This document shows positions 1 to 10,519 of a DNA stretch of 64,000 nt, piece by piece. Positions within the stretch are counted from its first letter, which is position 1; every line of letters starts with the position of its first letter. This DNA comes from an uncultured delta proteobacterium (GTDB taxonomy: Bacteria; Desulfobacterota; BSN033; UBA1163): positions 384,001 to 448,000 of the forward strand of contig CAVPSJ010000017.1 in NCBI GenBank assembly GCA_963708295.1. Reading direction: 5' to 3'. Below the pieces are notes generated by a model, which searched no databases, had not been told where the DNA came from, and saw only the letters and a list, made by a program, of their open reading frames with translations. The translations under genes were made by a program, and so were the position numbers.

Positions 1-1349
1 TGAAGGATTTCACACGTTATATTCCTCATACCGAAGAGGATGTTCAGGCCATGCTCGAATTTGTGGGCGCGAAGAAGATAGAAGACCTTTTCGGGATGAT
101 TCCTGAGGAATGCAGACTTGCCAAACCCTTAGACCTCCCTGAGCCTTTCTCGGAGCCCGACCTCGTCCGCCATCTTCAAGGGCTTCAGTCAACGGCCTAT
201 AGTAGTTTCCTCGGCGCAGGTGCCTCTCATCATTTTATTCCTTCCGTCATTTGGGCTCTGATCTCCCGGTCCGAATTTTACACAGCCTATACTCCTTATC
301 AACCGGAGATCAGTCAGGGAACATTGCAGGCGGTCTTTGAGTATCAAACATTGATGTGTCAATTGACGGGCATGGAGGTTTCGAATGCCTCGATGTATGA
401 TGGCGCCTCCAGTTTAGCAGAGGCAGTAGGGATGGCCGGTCGAGTGACAAAACGGAAGAAAATTCTGCTATCAGAGACGGTTCATCCGGAATATCGGAAA
501 GTCATCCAGACCTATCTCGATCCTGATCAAGAGGAAATTATTTTGATCCCGTACGAGAAAGAGGAGGGTCGGACGGATGAAAGAAAATTGTTGGATCGTC
601 TCGACGGGAAAGTGAGTAGCGTGGTCATTCAAAACCCCAACTTTTTGGGTGTGATCGAAGATCTCCATGGCATGACGGATAAGGTTCATGAGGCCGGAGG
701 CTTGATGATCGTCGGTTTCACGGAAGCCGTCGCTCACGGGATTCTGAAACCTCCCGGAGAGGAAGGGGCGGATATTGTCGCAGGGGAAGGTCAGAGTTTT
801 GGCATTCCCCTCTCATACGGCGGCCCTTATCTTGGGATCTTCACCACCCGGGAGAAGTTCGTCAGAAATATGCCCGGACGGTTGGTGGGGGAAACCGTTG
901 ACCTGGAAGGAAAGCGTGGTTTTGTCCTGACCCTTGCGACAAGGGAACAGCACATTCGGAGAGAAAAGGCCACTTCCAATATCTGTACGAATGAAGGACT
1001 CTGCGCCCTCATGGCGACCATCTTTCTCTCCTGCCTTGGGAAGCAGGGCCTGAGAGAGCTGGCCCTGATGAATCTGAGCAAGGCAGAATACGCCAAGAAG
1101 ATAGCCTCTCAGATCGATCGTTGTCACCTCGTTTTCTCCTCTCCCACATTTAACGAATTCGTGTTGAAGATTCCAGGGGAGCCGGAAAGGGTTTTGGAGA
1201 AGCTGAAAGGGAAAAGGATTTTGGGTGGAATTCCCTTGGGAAGGTTTTACCCTGAGATGAATCATCATCTTCTCGTCACCGTTACGGAGATGAACACCCG
1301 GGAAGAGATCGACCGTTGGGCAGAAGTGTTGGAGAAGGCACTGAAATGA
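1..1349 (+). CDS. gcvPA: Glycine dehydrogenase (decarboxylating) subunit 1; start codon cut by window edge
   Basis: Frame extends upstream of 51 as (M)KDFTRYIPHTEEDVQAML; motifs FYTAYTPYQPEISQG, NASMYDG, REQHIRREKATSNICTN. Confidence 0.96.
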   Translation, partial: KDFTRYIPHTEEDVQAMLEFVGAKKIEDLFGMIPEECRLAKPLDLPEPFSEPDLVRHLQGLQSTAYSSFLGAGASHHFIPSVIWALISRSEFYTAYTPYQPEISQGTLQAVFEYQTLMCQLTGMEVSNASMYDGASSLAEAVGMAGRVTKRKKILLSETVHPEYRKVIQTYLDPDQEEIILIPYEKEEGRTDERKLLDRLDGKVSSVVIQNPNFLGVIEDLHGMTDKVHEAGGLMIVGFTEAVAHGILKPPGEEGADIVAGEGQSFGIPLSYGGPYLGIFTTREKFVRNMPGRLVGETVDLEGKRGFVLTLATREQHIRREKATSNICTNEGLCALMATIFLSCLGKQGLRELALMNLSKAEYAKKIASQIDRCHLVFSSPTFNEFVLKIPGEPERVLEKLKGKRILGGIPLGRFYPEMNHHLLVTVTEMNTREEIDRWAEVLEKALK

Positions 1350-1426
1350 GCAATATCTAAGTCTGAGGACCGGATTTACTAATGAGGCCATAATTGAGAA
1401 GACATAATTATACCGCTCCGGAAAAT

Positions 1427-1516
1427 CCCCATCCCCTTCCTAACCTCCCCCTTGAAGGGGGAGGAACATAAGGATTCCCCCTCCCCTTCAGGGGGAGGGG
1501 AAGGGTGGGGGTGGGG
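1427..1516. repeat. REP-like palindromic intergenic element (CCCC...GGGG double hairpin)
   Basis: CCTCCCCCTTGAAGGGGGAGG hairpin plus outer C-rich/G-rich complementary arms; related elements at 3214, 36864, 51133. Confidence 0.7.
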
Positions 1517-1565
1517 TCAATCAGATGTCTATTCAATTATAGGCCGATTAATAAGCATTAAGACG

Positions 1566-2288
1566 ATGGATGACAAAGGATACATCATCGACCTGGGCCT
1601 GATGGAATATCAAAAGGCCTGGAATCTTCAACACCTGCTCTGGTCCAGGCGGGTGGAAGGGAAGTTGCCGGATGTCTTGCTCATCCTCGAACATCCTCCT
1701 GTCATCACCCTGGGAAGGCGTGGAAACCGAAGCCACCTGAAGGTTTCTCCGGAGATTCTGGAGGAGTTGAGGATTTCCGTGTTCCATGTAGAGAGGGGCG
1801 GGGATATTACTTACCATGGTCCTGGACAAATGGTGGTCTATCCCATCCTTGACTTAAAGGACTATGGATATCGTCTTATTCGGTACGTTGATCAGCTGGA
1901 AGAAATGATTCTCCACGTCTTAAGAGATTTCGGGATCGAAGGAGAGAAAGATTCTCGTAATCGTGGCATCTGGGCGAAGGGCAACAAGATAGCCTCCATC
2001 GGTGTGGCGATCAAACGGTGGGTCTCATTTCACGGAGTTGCATTAAACTATGAGACGGATCTGAAATACTTCGACCTGATAGATCCCTGCGGCCTGGTGG
2101 GGGAAAAGATGACCTCCATGGCAAAGATCCTCGGAAAGGAGATTTCCCGCAAGGAGTTAGAGGAGAGGATCCTTTTCCACTTTAAAGAGGTCTTCAAGAG
2201 AGACTGGGAGAAAAAGGATTTGGAAGAGCTGAAGGCAGACAGCCTGGGGCCGATTGAAGGGACGGTCCCAATTCCAAGCGCCCCATAG
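1566..2288 (+). CDS. lipB: Lipoyl(octanoyl) transferase
   Basis: LEHPPVITLGR, RGGDITYHGPGQ, KIASIG, HGVALN, PCG motifs; start moved to ATG 1566 because the upstream extension runs through a repeat. Confidence 0.95.
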   Translation: MDDKGYIIDLGLMEYQKAWNLQHLLWSRRVEGKLPDVLLILEHPPVITLGRRGNRSHLKVSPEILEELRISVFHVERGGDITYHGPGQMVVYPILDLKDYGYRLIRYVDQLEEMILHVLRDFGIEGEKDSRNRGIWAKGNKIASIGVAIKRWVSFHGVALNYETDLKYFDLIDPCGLVGEKMTSMAKILGKEISRKELEERILFHFKEVFKRDWEKKDLEELKADSLGPIEGTVPIPSAP

Positions 2289-2294
2289 ATTTCG

Positions 2295-3167
2295 ATGATC
2301 AAAATTGAAAACAAATCTAAACCCCCCTGGCTGAAGAAGCGGCTTCCGCCTTTTGAAGATCTTGTGAAAGTGAAGTCGATCTTGGATTCGGCACAGCTGC
2401 ACACCGTCTGTGAAGAGGCCCGCTGTCCGAACCTTGGGGAATGTTTTTCCAAAGGGACAGCGACGCTCCTCATTCTGGGAAGAATCTGCACGAGGAATTG
2501 TGGCTTCTGTGCTGTGGCGCACGGGGTGTCGACTCCTCTGGATGAAGAGGAACCCAAAAAGGTGGCCCAGGCTGTCATAAAGATGGGTCTTCAATATGTC
2601 GTCATTACCTCGGTGACCCGGGATGATCTTCCGGATGGAGGAGCTTCGCATTTTGCCAAAACCATTCAAGCCATCCGAGCGCTGGATCGAGGGATAAAGA
2701 TTGAAGTGTTAATTCCAGATTTCAAAGGGGACCTCTCCTCCCTGGTCACCGTTCTAAAAGAAGATCCGGACGTTCTGAATCACAACATTGAAACGATTCC
2801 TCGACTCTACCAGGAGGTTCGACCCCGGGCGGACTATAGGAGATCGCTCGATCTGCTTAAGAGAGCGAAGGAGAAGGATCCTCGGGCTGTTACCAAATCA
2901 GGGTTTATGCTCGGGTTGGGAGAGACGGAGAAAGAGGTGTATTCATTGCTTCAGGATCTGAGCGAGGTAGGATGTGATTTTCTAACGATCGGTCAATATC
3001 TTCAGCCCCGCCCGGATCGATTGCCAGTGGTACGATATATTCCTCCTGAGGAATTTGAAGGGTATAAAAAGATAGGGGAAGAAATGGGTTTCAAGTCTGT
3101 GGCTTCCGGCCCTTTCGTCCGAAGCTCCTTCCACGCTGCTCAAATGTTCGAGAACAAGGCAATCTAA
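2295..3167 (+). CDS. lipA: Lipoyl synthase
   Basis: CEEARCPNLGEC, CTRNCGFC, C-terminal RSSFHA. Confidence 0.97.
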   Translation: MIKIENKSKPPWLKKRLPPFEDLVKVKSILDSAQLHTVCEEARCPNLGECFSKGTATLLILGRICTRNCGFCAVAHGVSTPLDEEEPKKVAQAVIKMGLQYVVITSVTRDDLPDGGASHFAKTIQAIRALDRGIKIEVLIPDFKGDLSSLVTVLKEDPDVLNHNIETIPRLYQEVRPRADYRRSLDLLKRAKEKDPRAVTKSGFMLGLGETEKEVYSLLQDLSEVGCDFLTIGQYLQPRPDRLPVVRYIPPEEFEGYKKIGEEMGFKSVASGPFVRSSFHAAQMFENKAI

Positions 3168-3213
3168 TGAGATTTTTATTAATCGGTCCATCATTGTCTG
3201 GAAACAGAAGGCT

Positions 3214-3287
3214 AAATCCCTCCTCGCCTCCCTTTACAAAAGGAAGGAATTACCCCTCTTTGGCAAAAGAGGGGCGAGGGGAGATTT
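3214..3287. repeat. REP-like palindromic element
   Basis: AAATCCCTCCTCGCC...GGCGAGGGGAGATTT arms with internal hairpin CCCCTCTTTGGCAAAAGAGGGG. Confidence 0.7.
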
Positions 3288-3369
3288 TATGAAGCATATG
3301 TCTCCTTTATTATGGACTCCTTAGTAACTTGTCCGATTTGATTTTCCAGGAGAACCTCGCTAAAATTTT

Positions 3370-3411
3370 TTGCGACAATGCTATTATGGTATATACTAGA
3401 AGTAATACCAT
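3370..3411 (+). promoter_or_regulatory. Sigma70-like promoter with overlapping inverted-repeat operator of TA locus
   Basis: TTGCGA-16-TATACT; inverted repeat ATGGTAT...ATACCAT at 3386-3411. Confidence 0.5.
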
Positions 3412-3429
3412 TAAGGGAGGTGGGTATTT

Positions 3430-3684
3430 ATGTCTAAGAATCTTTCTCTTAAACTTCAAGACGATATCTTTGAGGAGACCGAACGGGTTTTAAGGAAAGT
3501 GAAACGCCCTCGAAATGCCTATATTAATGAAGCCATTCATTTCTATAACAAGCTTTTCGCCCGTAAGATACTTAAAGACCAATTGCTCAAGGAATCACCA
3601 TTGGTGGCGAGAGATTCTATGACGGTGTTGAAAGAATTTGAAAAATTTGAAGAAAGTCTACCTGGAGAGACGGATGGAAATTAG
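3430..3684 (+). CDS. Putative ribbon-helix-helix antitoxin
   Basis: 84 aa, N-terminal LSLKL..RNAYINEAI pattern, overlaps downstream MazF gene. Confidence 0.75.
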   Translation: MSKNLSLKLQDDIFEETERVLRKVKRPRNAYINEAIHFYNKLFARKILKDQLLKESPLVARDSMTVLKEFEKFEESLPGETDGN

Positions 3685-4012
3685 AAAGTGGAGTGTCTAT
3701 CTGGCTGATTTAAATCCAAGGTTTGGAACAGAGCCTGGAAAAACGAGACCGGTCGTCGTCGTTCAGACTGACCTCCTCAACAATCAACATCCTTCTACGA
3801 TTGTTTGTCCTTTGACAACCTATATCCATCCCGAATCCAATATTCTTCGGGTCCATCTTCGAATGGAGGAGGGAGGTCTTACAGAAAAATCAGATATTAT
3901 GGTGGACCAACTGAGGGCCATTGACAATCGTCGTCTTATTAAGAGATTGGGGATGATTGGGACGTCGAGCCAAAAGAAGCTGGCCGAAAATATTCGAATC
4001 ATCCTCGGCTGA
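3674..4012 (+). CDS. mazF: PemK/MazF family toxin
   Basis: VYLADLNPRFGTEPGKTRPVVVVQ, DQLRAIDNRRL. Confidence 0.92.
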   Translation: MEIRKWSVYLADLNPRFGTEPGKTRPVVVVQTDLLNNQHPSTIVCPLTTYIHPESNILRVHLRMEEGGLTEKSDIMVDQLRAIDNRRLIKRLGMIGTSSQKKLAENIRIILG

Positions 4013-4079
4013 ACGTTTTGTCAAACATTCTTCTTTCTCAGAACACGGACAAATGCGCGGGACCACGGAGTGAAAGAGA

Positions 4080-5011
4080 ATGAATAAGAGAAAGCATCAT
4101 GCAATTGGAATATTCTGTTTACTCATTATTCTACGTTATGGAGCGGCTCCTGTACGCTCAAGGAAGTTCCGTCGGCTCAGCCTCCTCCGATTGTTCAACC
4201 TCCTGTCCAATCTCCCCCTAAGCCGGCGAAGATCGCTCTCGTTTTAGGCGCGGGTTCCTCAAAGGGGTTCGCTCATATCGGGGTCCTCAAGATCCTGGAA
4301 ACGAACAAAGTTCCAATCCATATGATCATCGGGACGAGTGTCGGCAGCGTGGTCGGAAGCCTTTATGCTTATGGTTATAATGCCTTTCAGCTTCAGAAAG
4401 TGTCCTTTTCGATAGAGAAAGGGGATATCGTGGATCTGATCATTCCGGACAACGGGTTCATCAAAGGGGAGAGACTCGAAGAGTTCATCAATAAGACCCT
4501 GAATCATACGCCGATGGAGAAATTGAAGATTCCTTTTTATGCGGTGGCGGCGGATGTCCAAAGTGGTCAGGAGGTTGTATTCGGCAGAGGGAACACCGGG
4601 CAGGCGGTGAGAGCGAGTTGTTCCATCCCTGGGGTATTTAGGCCGGTGAAAATTGGCGACCGAATGTACGTCGATGGAGGTGTCGTGAGCCCTGTGGCGG
4701 TGGATGCGGCAAAGAGATTCGGTGCGGACGTCGTCATCGCTGTGGATATCTCCAAGGATGCTGATCGTCCCAAACCGGAGAGTACCATAGAGACCATATT
4801 CCAATCCTTCAATATCATGTATTCGAAACTCGCGTTGATACAGGTGAATCAGGCTGACGTCGTGATTCGACCCAAAGTGGGTTATATCAGTTCAAGTGAT
4901 TTTTCAAAGAGGCACGAGGCCATTCTCGAGGGTGAAAAAGCAGCCATCGAGGCCCTTCCTCAAATCAGGGGGATCATTGGTCAACTTCAACAGGAGGGGA
5001 GATTGGAATAA
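4080..5011 (+). CDS. Patatin-like phospholipase, probable lipoprotein (frameshift near 4135)
   Basis: Signal-like MNKRKHHAIGIFCLLII then SGSC and Pro-rich linker in another frame; LVLGAGSSKG, GTSVG, DGG motifs. Confidence 0.88.
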
Positions 5012-5121
5012 GAAACTCTCCCTGAGGCAGGCTTGGGATACATCGAGCGAAGCTGGGAACGAGCAACAATACCTCTTACCATCGGATTCAGCGAGGCCGG
5101 GCTCAATGAATCCTCGCTCTG

Positions 5122-6462
5122 TCAAATGTCAGGGTAGGCTCCGAATTGGCTCCATACCCGGTTTCGTCCATTTTGCTTGGCAACATAGAGGGCTTGGTCC
5201 GCACGGTCGAGCAGAGATTCCGGTGAGAGATGCTGATCGTCCAAGACGGCAATACCTAAACTGACGGTGACCGTTATCCGTCCAGCTTTGGTATTGAGAG
5301 TCTTCTCGGCGATGCTCTTCCTCAGACGTTCGCCGACCTGACAAGCGGCGGACAAAACAGTTTCAGGCAATATGGCAACGAACTCATCACCTCCGTAACG
5401 CCCGATGACATCAACCTCACGCAGCTCCTTCCGGCAGCATTCGGCGACCCCCTGTAATATTTGATCACCCATAGCATGTCCATAGGTATCGTTCACTCGC
5501 TTAAACTCGTCGATATCCACCATCATGACTGACAGAGGAAGCTGATAACGGCGGGCGCGCTGGAACTCACGGCCTGCCAACTCGAATAAATGACGGTGGT
5601 TGTATAAGCCCGTAAGAGAATCGGTAATGGCGAGTCGCTCCACTTCCTCCAGCGCATTTCTCAGCGCGGTTTCGCTCTGTTTCAAGTTCCTGAACAGAAG
5701 CTGATGAGGTTTCTCCAAGCCCATTTCGGTGATCGCTTTATAGATGAGGTAGAACGCGACAATTTTGAAGAAGTGCCCGATCAGGTTGGAAAAATCGTAC
5801 ACGCTGATGTAAAACGTAAAGGCCAATTCTGCGCCGATCGTCAGGACCAACGACGCGATCAACCAGCTCATCACCTTTCGGGTCGAAGGCTTCTCGTTTT
5901 CGAAACAATACAACCGCGGAGGCCACAAAGATCAGGGAGATGATGTATTCACTCACCTTCTTAAACGGGGTCAACCCTACGCCTTCCACAAAACAGGTAG
6001 GGAAGACACGAGCGAAAATTGCCCATAGTAAGAGGGAAGTGACTACGCCATAACCCAGAAATGTCAACTAGACATTCAGCTTTCGACGGAGAAACAGAGG
6101 GAAGATGAGCATCGAGAGGGCTTGGACATAGCGAGCAACGATCCAAAGCTGAGTCGAGAGGTCCGCATCGTAGCCTGGGAACACTCCCATCCCCTTGTAG
6201 GCGAGTGTATGGATCAGGTCCAGGCCGCTGACAAAGAGATAGGCAATCCCCAGAAACAAGAGGATAATCGTTGTCCAGGCGGCGCCGTGAGTTCCAGGCG
6301 AGAATGAAAATGCTGCAACCAATGACGATGCTGAATATCTCTGCCAGGCTGTGGAAAAGGATGTAGCTGTAAAGACCTGGTGAGGAACAACCCGAATAAA
6401 ATCGCCCCCTTGAAGACAAGAGGCACGCCTTTGAGGAAAGTCTCAAAGAGTTTATCCGTCAT
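5122..6462 (-). CDS. MASE3 membrane-sensor diguanylate cyclase (several frameshifts)
   Basis: HSLAEIFSIVI and DLIHTLAYKGMG segments spread over several frames; C-terminal REVD I-site and GGDEF. Confidence 0.85.
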
Positions 6463-6554
6463 CTGTGTTTTAGCCGCCCAACAACGAAGAGACAAAGCCC
6501 TTTTTTCTTTATATCGGATGTAAATATATGATCATGGGGGATCGAGGAAATGGA

Positions 6555-7327
6555 TCAGCTGCCGGCAATCCAGCCTCCGTCCACAAACAGAGTATGCCCG
6601 GTGACAAAGTCTGATGCCGGGCTGGAAAGGTAGATGAATACGCGCCCACAAGATCTTCCGGAGTGGCCAACCGACCCAGCGGGATACGGCTGAGAATCCT
6701 GTCTAAGACCTCACCTTTCAAGAGATCTTTCCGGCTGGGAGTCAGAACGGCCGTTGGCGCAAGGGCGTTTACTCTGATCCCATCGGCTGCCCACTCTAAG
6801 GCAAGTGCTTCCGTGAGGTGTGACACCCCTGCTTTGATGCCCCCATATACGGAGCGGCCTTTAATAATACTGCGGCTAAAGGTCGAACTGAGATTAATGA
6901 TCTTTCCGTATCCATGCTGTCGCATGATGGACCCGATGATCTGACAGGAGAAGAAGAGCCCTCTGAATCCAGTATCGACCATCAAGTTCCATTCGTCCTC
7001 GGTCACGTCCCATGCAGGTTTGGTGACGGTAAATGCAGCATTATTCACCAGAATGTCTACCTTGCCAAATCGTTTCAGAATGAAATCCCTCAGGTTCTCG
7101 ATATCCCTGAGCTTACAAACATCCAGGACAAACACTTCTGCCCTTCGACCCATCTTTTCTATTTCGGCTTTGACCTCCTTCAGTTTTTCTTCCCGCCGGC
7201 TGCACACAATGACATCCGCCCCCGCTCCAGCCAATCCCAATGCGATGGTTTCCCCAATGCCCTCACTGGCGCCCGTGACGACCGCCACCTTGTTCGTCAA
7301 ACTGAATCGACTCAGCTCATCTCCCAA
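6555..7327 (-). CDS. SDR family oxidoreductase (frameshift near the C-terminus)
   Basis: TGASEGIG, NNAA, YGGIK; natural end DFVTGHTLFVDGGWIAGS* in a shifted frame ending at 6555. Confidence 0.9.
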
Positions 7328-7379
7328 TTTTCGATCCTCCCTCTGTATTTTTTTATGATTTGGCCAGAACGTGCACCGT

Positions 7380-7409
7380 AAGCCCCGTCTTGTGGGCGGG
7401 GAGTTTCAC
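7380..7409 (+). repeat. IS200/IS605-type end hairpin remnant
   Basis: AAGCCCCGTCTTGTGGGCGGGGAGTTTCAC; near-identical to the reverse complement of 20861-20890. Confidence 0.6.
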
Positions 7410-7712
7410 ATCTGTTCTTCAACTTATTCTACGAATGAAGGAATTATATATTGGCAGGGGTGGGGTGTCAATTGATCCGCCGGGCAGGCCGTGTCATCCC
7501 TGTGAAAATCAGGACTTGAATTTACGGGCACTGCCAACTTGGTTAACGCTTCCTTCCTGAAACATTGATTGTTCACTTTTGCCCCATAGTACAAGATTTT
7601 AAACGCAAATCAATAATCTTTGTCTCACCCCTATACCCTTGAATTTTTGGCAGTGCATAGTTATCTTTAGCACAGGAGAGGAATAAAATTAATGCGAGAG
7701 GAGATTACTACG

Positions 7713-7967
7713 ATGGCACTATATATGGACATTCATAGAAATGTTGGAGACATCAAAAAAGAGCAACTTGATGAGGCCCATAAGAAAGACCTTGCGGTGC
7801 AGGGCAAGTATGGGGTTGACATTACCGACTACTGGCACAGCGAAAAAGATGGGGCTGTTTTCTGTCTTGCCGAAGCTCCTACCAAGGAGGCTTTTGGAGC
7901 TGTCCACCGTGAGGCTCATGGTTTGGAGGCCGACGAGATTTTCGAAGTTAAGCAAGGCTCGAAATAG
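7713..7967 (+). CDS. DUF4242 / SCO4226-like small metal-binding protein
   Basis: MALYMDIH, AHKKDLAVQ, FCLAEAP, VHREAHGLEADEI. Confidence 0.8.
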   Translation: MALYMDIHRNVGDIKKEQLDEAHKKDLAVQGKYGVDITDYWHSEKDGAVFCLAEAPTKEAFGAVHREAHGLEADEIFEVKQGSK

Positions 7968-8155
7968 AGGGCTATAAAGCTTAGAGGGTTCAGTCCATCC
8001 AGGGCTGATTATACGTTTCCGACCGCGGGGGCAAGCGTCCTTTTGATTCCTGTCACATTTTAGGCGCCAATTTGAAACCTCCAGAAGGAAGAAATAAACG
8101 GAGGGAAAAAAGACTTTTCATCATTAAGATTTAGTGACGAAGGAGGTAAAGAGAA

Positions 8156-8662
8156 ATGAAAAAGGAATCAAGAAAATTAATTCTTAGTTTGATTCTTTCA
8201 ACATGTTTGGCATTTATAGCTACCGCTCATGGCTTTGCGGCGGATTACGAATCCCTGAAAGGTTTGAAGTCTGTCAAGGCCGTTTTTGATTTCAGAATAA
8301 GCAATCCCAAAAGCGCAGCATTAAACCTTAGAGTAATATACGACACATATAAGGACAAAAGTATCATGGCAGTAACCCAAAAGCCAGCCTTTGTGGTTAT
8401 CTTTATAGGTCCCTCTGTCAAACTGATGTCTAAAAACAAAGAAGGCTTCACGCCCGAAGAGCAGAAGTCCCTTGATGAGATTGCCAATACCATTTCAATA
8501 ATGGCTAAGGACGGAATAAGGATGGAAATCTGTTTAGTGGCAGCTAGTATTTTCGGTGTAGACCCTGGGTCGTTTTTACCGGGTCTTAAACCAGTACCGA
8601 ATGGCTGGGTATCCTTGATAGGATATGAGACCAAGGGTTACTCCCTGGTCCCTGCTTATTAA
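8156..8662 (+). CDS. Secreted DsrE-like family protein
   Basis: Signal peptide; KAVFD, VVIFIGP, MEIC, VPNGWVSLIGYETKGY; strong SD AAGGAGG. Confidence 0.7.
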   Translation: MKKESRKLILSLILSTCLAFIATAHGFAADYESLKGLKSVKAVFDFRISNPKSAALNLRVIYDTYKDKSIMAVTQKPAFVVIFIGPSVKLMSKNKEGFTPEEQKSLDEIANTISIMAKDGIRMEICLVAASIFGVDPGSFLPGLKPVPNGWVSLIGYETKGYSLVPAY

Positions 8663-8763
8663 GAACGAGAGAAATGTCCCGCTAAGGCGACCCAACGTGA
8701 AATGCAGGCTTTTTTTGACACAACAGAACCTTTGAAGCGCAGCGTTGTGACTATTACCATGAA

Positions 8764-9183
8764 ATGCGGCACACAAAATTCATGCTCTGGACCATGAAAC
8801 CCTTAGTCGACTTCCTTAGAAACATCTTCAAAATGCCCATGGTTTGGTGGCCATGGATGGCAGGGCTGCCATTGATCAACCTGTCGTCCATCTTCTTTCT
8901 CCCGAGGATGGAGGCATGGGTGGTGCTGGGAACCGGGCTCCTGGCCGCGACGATCATGACGGTCCTGCACGCCAAACTGGGGTACGTCCGGCTTGTAGGC
9001 ATAGGCCATTTTGTTTGGATTCCCATGCTGATCTGGCTGGTATTTAGACTGGATCACATTCTAGAAGGCACGCTTTTTTACGGCTGGCTTCTCACCTTGA
9101 TAGCAATGGACACAGTGTCTCTTCTGATCGATATCGTCGACCTCGTCCGTTACCTGCGCGGAGACCGTACTCCTCGGTTTTAA
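8764..9183 (+). CDS. Hypothetical membrane protein (about 4 TM), followed by attC-like site
   Basis: Several hydrophobic segments; attC-like site at 9248. Confidence 0.7.
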   Translation: MRHTKFMLWTMKPLVDFLRNIFKMPMVWWPWMAGLPLINLSSIFFLPRMEAWVVLGTGLLAATIMTVLHAKLGYVRLVGIGHFVWIPMLIWLVFRLDHILEGTLFYGWLLTLIAMDTVSLLIDIVDLVRYLRGDRTPRF

Positions 9184-9247
9184 GGTCGACCCCAGGGGAG
9201 GGATGGACTGACCTGCAAGAAGACGATCCAATAAGCGAAAGATTAAA

Positions 9248-9335
9248 ATTTAACCAACCAGTTCAGCGGACTGGTAGGGGCACGGCGGCCTTAGGGGCAG
9301 GGATTTTGGCCAGCCACTGACTGAATTCGTTACAA
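9248..9335 (+). mobile_element. attC-like integron recombination site
   Basis: R'' ATTTAAC; AGTTCAGCGGACTGG pairs with CCAGCCACTGACT with bulges; R' GTTACAA. Confidence 0.6.
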
Positions 9336-9553
9336 TCGATTTCAATCGTGAATCTTGAGGTCATTTACAAAGCGTACCGTAATTCTTTGTAGGTGCACTC
9401 GCCAAATTTTACTATCAACCTGCTCCAAAAATCTCGAAAAGGAAATTTCATTTAATTCTTCCTGAAGTCCTCAAGGCGAGAAACCAGATCGTTATACCAG
9501 ATTCCATCCTGCTATACGTAACATATCCTGTTTTCTCTTATGATATTAATCAG

Positions 9554-9870
9554 TTATGTCTTATTATCCATTATTCTTATTTTGTCTAATTCAAATTCAT
9601 TATTCTCTCTTCTTGGCTGCGTTCTCTGTAATACTACCTCAATGGCCTTATAGTAATCCCTCTGTAGCTTGAGGTTGGACACTCTGCAGTAACACTGTGT
9701 TGTAGTAATCCTACGGTGGCCTAAAAGATCCTGGATTGTGACAAGATCAGCATCTGCATTGAGGAGTTGGGTAGCCATCGTGTGTCTGAGATGGTGGCAC
9801 GATACCTCTATGCCGCTCTGTTGGGCATAGTATTCCATTCTTTTTTGGATGCCACGCTGTCCGGCCAATT
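9554..9870 (-). pseudogene. Tyrosine recombinase C-terminal fragment
   Basis: HHLRH, LLGH, TTQCY catalytic boxes; N-terminal domain and box I absent. Confidence 0.85.
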
Positions 9871-9924
9871 CTTCTCCATTTCCTTTGACAATCAACTCAT
9901 CGATGTAACCTGCAAGACATCATG

Positions 9925-9980
9925 GGGGAACTATGTATTTTCCAGGTGGGAAAACTATGTATCTCCCAGGTAAAGTTACA
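9925..9980 (-). mobile_element. IS21-like terminal remnant
   Basis: TGT terminus then two 19-bp direct repeats 24 bp apart (AACTATGTATTTTCCAGGT 9929, AACTATGTATCTCCCAGGT 9953). Confidence 0.5.
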
Positions 9981-10519
9981 AGCGAGAGATAACAAGAACC
10001 AAACCCCTCAAAGTGGAAAACTTTTACTTGTTTGAAAACTGACTTTGGCAAAAAAGAGAAAATTAATTCCACCTTTAGATAAGAATTTTACATCGTATAC
10101 AAGAAAAATCTACTACTACAAAAATTTGTGCCTTATGCCCAAAAATACAGTGCTTACCTTATTTACGCTTAACAAGGTTCATGCTTTGATAATATTTAGA
10201 AAGGGGGTGAATTGCGCGTTTCGTTGAAAAAAAAAGGGCTTTAAGAGTAGTCTGAAATATGAGTGGAAAGGAGTTTAACTTTGATTTTTTGTACACTCAA
10301 CCACTCCAAAGCAAGTTCTTATTACTTCTTATCACTAAGGTGTGGTAGAGGCTCGATCAGAAGGACTTGTCCTCCCCCGCGTAGTCCGAAGATGGACTGA
10401 TGGAGGAGGTGCTGAATTATGAATGTGTGAAAAGAAATTCAGCAGAACAAATGTGTCCTTTCGGTAAGATTGCACGAAATCTAATCGACGGCGGAAAAGT
10501 TGAAGAAAAGGAGAATGCT

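Noticed and set aside
1452-1565. N-terminal extension of LipB
   Set aside because: Translates through a palindromic repeat (SPSPSGGGEGWGWG); ATG 1566 fits the family start
9554-9895. Integrase fragment as the integron integrase IntI for nearby attC sites
   Set aside because: Only a C-terminal fragment; no IntI-specific insertion is visible and it reads like a generic XerC/RIT-type recombinase
9929-9971. Direct repeats as a CRISPR array
   Set aside because: Only two 19-bp units 5 bp apart, no spacers and no cas genes; no CRISPR array seen anywhere in the window
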